Shown here piece after piece: positions 46,601 to 58,300 of a stretch of 64,000 bases of DNA. The stretch's first letter is position 1. Every line of letters starts with the position of its first letter. Origin of the DNA: Nemertoderma westbladi (taxonomy: Eukaryota > Animalia > Xenacoelomorpha); assembly GCA_032718475.1 (NCBI GenBank), contig JAUCBJ010009083.1:1-64000 (forward strand), read 5' to 3'. The notes under the pieces were generated by a model. The model saw only the letters and a program-made list of their open reading frames with translations, had not been told where the DNA came from and ran no database searches. Both the position numbers and the translations under genes were made by a program.

Positions 46601-46705
46601 TATTTGAAAATTGAAATAAAACCGCATACAATGACGATCTAATTGTAATCAATTGGGTTTAAAAAATTAGGTAAATTGGAGATGAGCTGATGCAACTGTA
46701 ATTAA

Positions 46706-46836
46706 AGGTGTAATATTATGGGTTTGTTCAGAAGTGGAAAAAATGAGAAAGCGCGTCACCGGTTGGTTCAACCCCCGGTGACGCGCTTTCTCATTTTTTT
46801 CCACTTCTGAACAAAACCATAATATTATATACACCT
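46706..46836. repeat. near-perfect palindrome of about 130 bp (hairpin MITE-like)
   Basis: TAATATTATGGGTTTGTTCAGAAGTGGAAAAAATGAGAAAGCGCGTCACCGG is mirrored across a short loop. Confidence 0.92.
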
Positions 46837-46845
46837 AAAAAATTA

Positions 46846-47919
46846 GGAGCCGTGCACAAATGATATCAGGATATTTTAGACGCTTTTCGATCCCCCCCCC
46901 CCCCCCCCTGTGGACGTCACGTCACAAAAATAACCGTTATAGTTAATAAAAGATGTTAAATTTTAAATTATTATGTTAATACTAGTTCTGGCAGCGGTAT
47001 ATTTAGTAATATCTTATTATAATATATATTTAAATACAGTATTAGTAATATAAATATTATATTATAAAATAATATTTAGACTGCAGTAGGTATCAGGGTA
47101 TAAGTAGGCTACAATTACAGTCTCGGTACGTCGGTGATACATGCCGGTAGCCGTCCATGTGAAGAATACCAGGCAGCCAGGATTTCACTTTTCAGTCGAC
47201 CTTTTATTGGAATTTTATATATGAAGATTTTTTATTTTTTTAAATTTATCTTTATTAAATGTTTTATAGCGCTTATTTCTGTCTTATAACCTGTACATAT
47301 ACTAATTCGTTTATTGTTTTGGTTAGATTCAGCCCTTCTGTAACCTGTGTTTTTGGTGAAAACCTGGTATTCTTCACATGGGGGTAACTGCAAAGTGAAA
47401 TATAACGGTTGAAAGTCTGGTATTCATCACATATGCCCCGGTAGCTCTAATAGACGAATGTCTATTCGAATGTCTAGACGAAAGTGAAACAACTTCTAAA
47501 ACTGTAGCAGCTTACTAACAATCCTGCAATCTGAGTCTTACCCCGTACAACACAGTCAGTCGAGAAGTAGTGTACCGCTGTAGTGCTGAATAGCCTACAG
47601 TAGCTAATAATACCTATGAAGTACCTGTAATGTGAAGGCCAAATATACCTGTAGTTGCCGGTAAATGAAATATTTATTCCTCTATGACATGGTGCTGCTC
47701 GGTCGAATAAATACTATTTATTATAGAAATAATATACATATTTTTTATTGTAATAAATGTTGTATTTGTAAAATTTATTTTATATTCACATGCTCATACT
47801 ACTGTGACGTTACAAGTATAGCTACCCCCCCCCCCCCCATCCCACATATCAAAAAATTTTCACAAAATTGCAAAACCACCTCCCCTACTTCAACCGTGAC
47901 ATCATTTGGGCACGGCCCC
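46846..47919. mobile_element. PIF/Harbinger (Tourist-like) MITE
   Basis: TTA|GGAGCCGTGCACAAATGATATCA ... TGACATCATTTGGGCACGGCCCC|TTA, giving a 3-bp TTA TSD. Confidence 0.8.
47152..47437. mobile_element. 286-bp MITE nested in the Harbinger element
   Basis: ATGTGAAGAATACCAG ... CTGGTATTCATCACAT, with the direct repeat CCGGTAGC at 47144-51 and 47438-45. Confidence 0.7.
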
Positions 47920-48766
47920 TTAATAGTTATAAAGGACAATAATTGAAGATACCACATTAAGGCAGATTTTGAAAAAAGAGACCACAGCGATAGTTAAGAA
48001 AAATTAATGATGAATAAAACTGTTTGGTATATGATAATTGTTCCAACTTAAAATAAATGTATGTATGTAGTATATGTAATTAATTATGTAAACTATATAA
48101 TGTAATGTAAGTTACCCTGAAATTATACTAAAGTACAGCATTTCCTGGAATATAGTGTCGTTATCACGTACGTGGTTGCTGGCTGTGCAAGGATTCCAAA
48201 TATGTCAACATATTTGAATTTGGTTGGGAAATAGCTGAGATATGGGCATTCGAATGATGCATATATTTGCTTCTGATGCGGGCCATTTATCTAGTTCTAT
48301 TTAATAAATATATACATAATGTTCTGAAACATTTTGTTTATCCCATCAATACCTCTTTAATTATACTATCATGTAGTTATGTACTATCATACATAAACAA
48401 AATGTTCTAGAATATGGTGTTTTTATTTAATAGTAGAATAAAACAGCCTCGCGCAGTTGCAAAACCATGCAAATTTTGAACGCTCAGCTACTTTTCAACG
48501 AAATTTTGGTTGTGTTTGTGTTACATATATATTTGGAATCCTGCTATAGCCAGTATATTGGCCACCTTTCTAAGAGTATCAACAAATCACTGTGAGGTTG
48601 AAGAATAAATGCAATGTAACTGGTGAAATATCACCGGAGACATCTTTCTTTAAACGCTTGTAGCAAAAAAAATGAGAGAAAAATAAAAATTCTGACTCAC
48701 CCACCCAGGAGGAGTTCAGTGAAAACATCTCAATTTCAAATTTAATGTATTTTGTAGAAAATATGT

Positions 48767-48797
<31 letters not shown>

Positions 48798-49310
48798 GTG
48801 CGCGTGGAGGTACTGCATAACGACACTATATTACAGGAATTGGTGTAAACCGGTAATACTAATAGTATTATTCATATAATATATCATTCATTAATTCATT
48901 ATGTTATCGTGGAAGTGAGTGAGGTGGGAGCATATCGTCAACTATACTCGTTAATGATATTAAAATTTAACCACATCCACATGTTGAAGATAAATATTAA
49001 TCAACAATAAATAAATAAGACATTGATTAGAGGTAGAAATCACAACAAATTTCAAATAGATTGAAGTATATTGTATAAATAATGTTGTTGTGGCTGATGC
49101 GGGGACAAAGACAACTCCTCTAATTCGAAATCGAAACTAATTCAGGAAACCCTACAAAAAACAGTGACTTAGGCCACAGCCAGGATAGGCCGGCCACTCC
49201 CGGGGAATTCCCATGTCCTCATATCAACCACAACCAACAAGAAGAAATTATAAAATTATAGCCAGAAGAATAGAATGTATATAGAATAGTACACAGGGTT
49301 GCTCTGGCAA

Positions 49311-52300
49311 TTATTGACTTACTTTTGCCAGTTTCCTCATCGCCCGCTCTATCTTCCCTTTGATTGCCTCTGCTTCTCTTAATGGCATCGGAACGATCTT
49401 CCCCTGGCTTTTATTTCCAACATTCCAGAACTTTGACTCCGTTTTAGTCGGTGGTTTCAGAAGAAATTGAATCCCCTCACTTCGCACAGATGGCGGACCT
49501 ATGAGATCCCTATATTCATAGACCCAGGCAGATTCCCAATTCCCAAGCATGTCGCTTTTCCTAGCACAGAGGACGCAGCTATCAGTTGCGAGAAGGAAGT
49601 GTCGACTATCTGGCGTCAACATAAGATGGCATAGGTAAGTCCTTGTCGCAAACTTTCCCCCATCCACATCCTTAAGTATACAGTTCCCAGCAGCCTCCTC
49701 TAATGAATACGGCTTAATTGTTTCTCCTTGGTATAAAATCCTCGGTGGTCGTACCCTCTTAACAGTATCAGCGGTGTCTGCAGCTTGTTTAATTCCCTCA
49801 AAAGTACTCGAAGCCATGTCGAACACCCCAGCTGCAGGCCGTGTGACCAAACCGGCCACACCCTTGCCTGCTCCCATCATCAACCCTTTAAACCCATCCT
49901 TACGTGCACCCTGTATAGGCTGTGACACAACTCCTGTCAAACCTTCGAGCAACCCCTTACCTAGACTCTTGGCCCCCTGTTTCACCCCCCCTTTCATGTC
50001 TGTTGGTTTATCACTCAGGTGCTTCCGACGCTTCTTTCTGAAATCATCATCAAACGAAAGCGCAGCAACTCCCTTACCGAGAGTCCCTGTTATTCTCGAA
50101 CAAACTCCAGCGAACCCACCGACTGCATGACCAAATAAGGAACGGAAACCCAAGGCCAATCCCTCAGCAAACTCATTAGGACCCTGGACAAGGCCTTGGT
50201 AGGGCTCATAAAACAGATCCGTGACACCCTGGCCAATACCACGAATCAGACCAAAGGGGTTACCAAGAACATCTAATCCAAGGATCAGCACATAAACCTG
50301 TTTGATTCCTTGACTCCAATAGTGCGTTACTACTTCCGACTGCAGCGTCTCTTGACTGTATAACTTGTGTTCCCTTTGAAATGCATTTAACTTAAACACT
50401 ACATCCTGCACATCCATTATAGTTACACCCACTGTCTGGAGGAAGGTATCCATGGCAAGATTTATCGGGTTATGAGAAGGCGACACAGACTGGTCTGACG
50501 AACTCTGCAAAGAAAGACTCAAATGTAACTTAATAGGCGATAAATGGATGTAGTCGTAGAAATTTTTAACATCATCTTTTGCAGCTTGAATAGCACTTGA
50601 ATCCATTAAAGAACCTTGAATGTAATTCATGTCATTAGCAAAGGCATTCACATAATCCTTCAGCTCGTCTTCCTCATCAGGAACAAACAAACCTATTAAA
50701 TTCTTGATGAAGACCTGATCCAATTTCAAGGCAATTTCTTGAATGAGAGCAGAAAAGTACTTGATTTCCATGAAATTACTGTACTCACTTAGTCGCAGTA
50801 CCAAACTCATCTCCACAAATGGTTTTGGTATAGCAGTGTTTGTTACACTCTTTGGCAGAGGCCATGGGTACAACACCACAGGAAAGATGGGATCATTCAG
50901 TTGATTATCAATCTGTAACCGATTAAGTTTGAAATGAAGTTGCTGTGAATATATGGCTTGACGGTACTGCAACCAGATACCACACTGGAAAGAACGACGA
51001 ATATTTGCAGATCCCATCACCATTTTATCAAAGTTTACAATTATTCCCTCGCCTAGTTTCTCAGCTCGTGCAGTTCCTGTGCTCAGCAGAAATTTCTGGT
51101 AGCCATGCTCAATAATTTCAGACTGTTTTATAGTCAATGGTTTCCATCGGCGACCATCCTTTTTGCATTCCCAGACTTCACGGGAGCTGGTAATGCTAAG
51201 GTACGAAATATCCACCATGTGGTTATGGTTTACTAGAGAGATCCCGATTCCCTGAAGTTGGACACTATACTCCATCTGGACACGGTCCAATTCATTAGCG
51301 TGGCGGGCATGGGTGACTTGCACCAAGTCGTTTGTAAACATTAATACTCTTTGTTGCCCATCCAAAAATGAAACCCAGTATACAGAATATTGATCATCCA
51401 ATTCAAGAGTACCTACTCCATCAGATAGAAGGTCAGTCTTTATTTTTTTTTTCAATAATTCACATTCTAGTTCTCGTTTGCTGCATGGGTCATCCCATGT
51501 ATATAAAATACCTTTCTGTGGTAGAAGTTCCGCTTGTTTTGAGGCTACACCACTCTGAGTGTAATACAAAGTAACACTGCTGCTATTTACCAATAATACT
51601 ACAGCGGCCCCATTTGTATAATCGGAGAAGCTGACTGTAGTTGCACAGTCAGAGACTTGGACATTCACTACAATGCCACCAATATTTGGGTTAACATCTT
51701 TGAGACATATGTAATCCTGATTTGAAATTGAAAATGGGATTGTTCTACTTTTAGAACCCAAGGCTTTGACAGTCATTTTTAAGTCCTTTGCTCGTTTACC
51801 CATCGGCCAATAAGGTGAACATTCAGAAGGTTTCATTGTGAACCACTGTAATTCATTGGAACTAGGCAAATATTCAGATACAGAAATAGGCGTTTTACAG
51901 TTATTTAACAACAAAAAGTAAGGAGAAAAAATCAGAAGTTTACTTAAGCGGAATCCTGACATCCGTATTTCAAGACCAATATTGTAAAGTGTTGTTCCTT
52001 TGGTCTCCTTGCACTCAATAGCCCCATTAGAACCTACTGCATCCATAGAAAACTTAGACGACCAACTGCAGTTTGCACCATTAACACGTAGCAACAGTTT
52101 CTTCTCATCAGATAATTGTTTCGCACTGTATGACATCATGACTATCCCACGATTTGAAGGCTCATGTGAGATTATTTTATTATCACTTGAAATTTTATAT
52201 TCCAGAGTCAATCCAGTTTTATTAACTATCCAATAAGGACAATATACAGATATTTCAATATAGCCCCCAATATGTATGGTTTCGATTCCAACAATGAAAT

Positions 52301-55300
52301 CTCCTGAGAATTTTTCAGTACTTAGCTTCTTGGTTTTGGAAGACAAGAGTATCACACCCTTAAATGTTGTGCCGGTGTGGTCTTCACAATGAAGTGTCAG
52401 CTTACTCATTCCTAGGATCGCTGTGTAAAGGGGAACTTTTTGACCAGGGATTAATGGCATTAAGCTCTCCTTTTTCGAGCCTGAGACATTATAATGTATA
52501 TGGTAAGGCATGCAGTTGATGAGAACTACAACAGGATTTATATGAATTGTTCTAAATGGAATCATGCTACTTTCACCATTAACTGAACTTACAACTTCGA
52601 CCTTATATGATAGATTGGCTGTTAGACCAGCTTCTTGACCATTATTACTGGGACATGTGCAAAGAATCGATTCTCCATGTACTCTTGAAAAGTCTGTAGT
52701 AATTGGTGTTATTGATAAATCATAGCTGTCCTTTCCTAGAATAGGGTGCGGTTTGAAATATAACGCAGAGTCTATCCCTGAAACATCAAAAGGGACACAA
52801 AATGTAGCATTTGGTTCGACATCCCCTACATGCTTAACATTTTCTCTGATGTCTGTATTCATAAAAATTGTAAATCCTGTAGGAAAATGATTCCTAATTT
52901 GCAATGAACTTTTTAATATTACAGTCTTCATTGCTCGAGAAGCCTGTACTTCAACAACAAGTCCTCTTGTTTCACTAGAGTTTTCCGATTTAGTTGTGTA
53001 ATACAGTGTAGAGGATTTTCCTATAGGGATATCAACCACATCGTGGTATCCAGGAATCCTAACTGAGACTGTATACTGCTCATGATTGAAGTTCGCCACT
53101 GTAGTGTTTAATCTCGAGCTTTTAGCACCCTCCAAGTCTAACATCACACTTCCACCCAGAGGGAGAGTTGCCTGGCTTACTTGTAAGTTATGACGAAATT
53201 TTAATAAATGTGAGGTAATTAATATTACTGGACTGCCAAGATAATTTACAATTGTAAAGGGGGCCCGATTCGCAGTGTTGTCAACTATAAACTTCTTTGT
53301 CTTTCCCTCATAAGCTTCTTGAAATTCTGCCAGCAGCCAACCCAAGACGTGGATGCCTGTATTTGATAAAGTCAATTCCATTGTGTCTCCACTACGAATG
53401 TTTAATACAGCCTCCGGCTTCTTAAAAGCCACTTGTTCACTACCTTCTTCATCAATATCAAGGTCTGAACAAACCTCATATAATATTTCCACCAACATAT
53501 CACGCCTAGTGCGTCTTTCTTCAATGGTCTCAATAAATGGCTCCCATTCACACATGTGTTCATTATAAATGTTGCAATGTGCAATTACCTCAAACCTAAA
53601 GCGCATATCAGAAGACCAATTGGTTAATTCACCGAAAACCTCAGAGTAAAGAACAATCATTGGAACACGAGTAGTCCCTGCAAAAGCTTCTAAACGAATA
53701 ACAATTGTGTTAAACTTTATTAGCATGTTCTCCTTAATTTTCTTACTGATATGCTTGATCTTCTTATTTAAATCTGTTTCAGAATTATCATTGGGAAAAT
53801 CTAGGCTACTGCTGTTAACAAAAGTCTTTGTAAACCAATATGTGTTTCTTGTAATTTGCTTTTCAATCCACATATCTTTAAGCTCAGAAGGGGATGGATC
53901 TTGCAAAACAAACCCCAAGCCTTTATAAAAGCTCCATTGTATTTCTGACAAAGTCATAATTATGCGAGAATCTATATTTAGTATAATACCTGAGGTGAAA
54001 TTGACATCAGCATGAGCTTCTCCATCAGGCAATATTTGGTTGTAAACAAAGTTGATAGAAGTGGGGTCCATCAGTTCTTCTTTTCTTGTTTCATTATCCT
54101 CAGAACTATAAGGTCCATATTGAATACTAAGGTCACTAACCATACCTTGAACATGCACTTTATCTGATGTTACAACACACTGTCCATAATAATCGCTAGT
54201 TAAAGTCAATGCATAGCTATTAGTGTTATAGTAATCAGCAATAAGCACGAGTTCTGGCTGTTTAAGTACAAACACAATCTTTGTGTTACCCTTATGGTCT
54301 ACAGGTTTCTCTTCAATTGGATCAAAATGCACTTGCCTTTTACTTATTGTAGGAGCCTGTTTAGGTACACTTACTGGTACATCAGTATGCCTTCTTTTTT
54401 CTTTCTTCAGTGCCTCTTCCATCTCTATTAATGGTAGACTATACAACTGATACAATTTCATAATGAAATCAATGCAAAAGCAAATATATAATTCATTTAT
54501 CACAACATTGATATCACAATCACCAGTAGCCATTGTATTTATTTTAGCATCCACTACTAAGTTCGAATTATTCCCCTTGGAACTTCTGTGGAATAAACGA
54601 GTAGGATTTTTAGGGTCACGCCGATAATCATACAAGTTAATATCCTCAAATGAGACTGAGATCTCAGATGCGCTACTCTTTTTTATATCAACTCTTATAG
54701 CAATTTCACCCAACTGCAGATTTGCAAAAGCCTTACTACTATCCCTTAGTACAGCAGGTGACATTCGGACTACTGATGATTCCACCAACATAATACACTG
54801 TTCAAAAGATTTTGATTTATCACCAGCTTCTGCCCATAATAATCTATCAACAATTTCATGAAAATTTCTCACCACAGTGTTTGATCCAATTTCCTTTTCA
54901 ATAAGATTCCATGACTGATATTTAGTTGACTTTGAAAGATATTTATGAATTTGCTCCAATTTTTCCATTTGTAATCCGGGTTTCATAGTACAAATTAATT
55001 CATGTAGCGATAATGTTCTCTGTTTCTTTATTAAAGGTGATGACAATTTCTCCAATTCGAAATCCTTTTGCATCGCAACTGAATCAGAAGACATACCATG
55101 TTCCTGAATATTTATTTCTTCTTCATGAGTCCGTATAACCACTGATTTCATCATAAAACTAAGCAAAGTAGATGATGAAGTAGGTATGTTTTCACTGGTT
55201 ACTGTCGGGTCAGCAGTAACTACTTCTCTTTGCAGAGTACGATATTCTTTACTATTTTTCTTGCTTTTTCTTCTTTGTCGGGTTTGTTGTTTTACGTATT

Positions 55301-58300
55301 TTACATCAACACTAGATTTGAAACTTGCAAAGCTAACATTATCACCACTAGTAAAAATGGGTCGTTCATTTAAGTTCTCATACGAAATAGACAATATAAG
55401 TCGCATATCATCTTGACCAATGTCAATGGTCACCGTATCTAACTTGAATTCATTAACTTCAATATCAGGTTTTTTATTAAACCATGAACAACTCAAGTTC
55501 CGATTGACATGTAAAGAACATTCAATTGGCCTTAGGAGAAGTACTTCATGTTGAATCTGAAGTGATTTATTAACAATAGCACGGGTGATTTTCACATCAC
55601 TCAATGCAATATCCATTGAATCTATCAAAACCACTGCTTTACTTTTTTGCTTTCCTGAAATTACAGTTACTGGAAAAGACTTGATTTCATTTTTTGCTAC
55701 TATCTTTCCCAAGTTAGCCACCAAGCAATGAAGGGAAGAGGAGTTTTTAGGTATGAGAAGTTCAGGAGCAACAACAGTTACATCAATGATAACCCTGGAA
55801 TTCTGCTCATATGCAGTTTGCATGCCAGATGCAGCGATATCAGTGGCATCAACATATACTGATATGATATTTTCCTTAGCTGTTGTAAATTTATCAAGAA
55901 ATGTTATCATTGCCATAACCCACTTGTGTATATAAACAAATCGCAAACAACTAGTTCTTAAATAAACCTCCATGTCTACAAAGTTGTCATCGACAACAGG
56001 AGGTCTGCCTTTGAGTTGTGGCACTGGCGTATAAATATTTAAGTGAAATGTAAATAATTCATGGCCAATGATGGAGAGGAGTTGAGGATAAGTTGCCTGG
56101 AATGAACGATCATAAATTCGAAGATCGGATAATGTTGATTTGAGTGACATTTTTTGTCCATGTAGCTCCATAGCTGCAGACAGATCTCTCAAAGTAAATA
56201 ATGATATTTCATATTCATCAATAGAGAACACTATATATAACCAATCCAGCCTAGCTTCAACTTTCAGTGCAACAATGTCAGCCTTCCTTCGTCTAGTGGC
56301 CTCCAGTTTATCTAAAATGCCTTTTGTAACATCTCCAGTATCAACTAGTAGGGGTGCTAGTAATGTTGTTTCGTCAATAGCATCTGCATTGTCTGTGGTA
56401 TCTGCTGCATCCATCTTGGTAATTAGTTTAGCATAAAACTCTAATATATTTAGTAATGCTTCTTGGTGAAAATGTATATCTATCTGTGAGATGGTCAACT
56501 TAATATTTTGCTCAATATTTTCATAGCAGCTCTGAAAGTAAGGACAACGCCTGTCTGCTAGTATATAATGCATATTCAATAATGTTTTGCGATTTCTATA
56601 AAATCCCGAATCAATAAGTATAACCTCATCACTACCATGGCCAGTTTCATTATTTTTTAATATTATTCCACCAATAGAAGAATCAATGATGCTATCCCAA
56701 TCATGTGATGTATAATCCAGCCCAATATTACGCACTTCCAGATCAATTGGGGTTGTAAATGTCTCATCATCTTCATACCTTGAAATTTTTATATTTAATG
56801 TATCGATAGTGAATTCGCATTTCAGGGTTACTTTTTGTTGATCAATGGCAACTGCAGAAGTTGCTCGTAGGGGGCCTTCTGAGAAGGTCTTTCCAGGAGC
56901 CAAACTTTGGATTGCCCGAGGTATGGCATCTACATCATCATAAGATGGATATGGATATTCTCCAGGTACATGAGTGTCACTTTCAGTCTCTTTTATTGAG
57001 TAAAAGACAGAATGGTTCGAAGAGGTGCGATAGACATCATTGATGCATGATGAACCTGCTTTTGGTGAATTGAATGTAGAAAGAACCATGCCATCATCAG
57101 GTATCGGGGCACATTTTGGCAAAGGGATGCTTGTGGCAATGGATACCATTTCTTCAAGTGTTTTGTCACTAACATTGAAAGATATACATGGAAACTTACT
57201 AACAATTTTTAAAGGTGGCAAACGTCCAACATCATCAATTGCTTGGAATATATCAACATTAAAATCTGTGCGATGTAACAAATGAGAATAGGTGTGTTCT
57301 TTTAATCGTATACTTTGCCAGTTGTCTCCTTTCTTCGCTAAAAATATTTGCACAGCATTTAATTTGGCATTGAATTTATCATAGAGCTTATCGACCAAAT
57401 CTTCAATTTTGGCTACATGGGGTTTCACACTGAGTGCTTTCCATTTGGATTGAATTTGTTGTCTCCTGGCAACATCTGAAACAATTGTGAGTCGGCCCAT
57501 ATCAACCACCATATATGATCCAATACCATCATCATATATACCATTTTCAGGAACAATTAAAATACTGGGATTGATATCAATGACAATATCTGTAACTTTC
57601 GCATGTTGCAACATATTCATAACACCAGACTTAGAGGAATCCTGTAGATCCTGCAAAGCTGCCCAAGACTCGACTTGCAGTTGCTCTAAATGTAGCGAAG
57701 ATTCAGGGGTAAATATCTCAATAATTTTATTGACAGTAGCAGCATCATATATCACTTCCACCGACTGCGTATATAAGTGTACTTTTTGGCTGCAAGAACC
57801 ATCTAGAGGGTTTGTCTCAATCATTCCAGTAATTAAAGTGTTGCGATCATTAGTATTATCAGTTGAACTTTTTGACATAATCAAAGGAATTTTGTTTTGA
57901 ATTTTGAGTCCAGTTACTATAACAGATTCAACCGAGAAAGTAGCAGCTATTGCTTGAGCAGATGGCCTATATGACAGTGAACATGTCTGTTTGCTAATAA
58001 CAGCTTGAGATACTGTTGAGTCACCATGTCGGTCATCAATTAGTCGAAAAACAATCGTACGTAACTCAAAATCGAGTTTATAACCGATATAACTCTTTGG
58101 AAAACCCAAATCCTCGACTGTCTCACCTTCAGTATAACCAATTGCTTGATACATTTGTTTCTTTTCTGAAAGATCCATTGTACTGGACTGTTTGATACTT
58201 GATTTTGATGAAGAAGTACCAAAAAACCAAGAAAATACACCTCCTTTAGAAGACTGTTCATATTCATATTTAATTTCTGCTTCTTTACGGCATACAGTAA

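Noticed and set aside
48766-48798. Poly(A)-tail remnant of a retrocopy (T-run on the + strand downstream of copy 2)
   Set aside because: The T-run is short and fused to a G homopolymer, with no TSD and no counterpart in copy 1.
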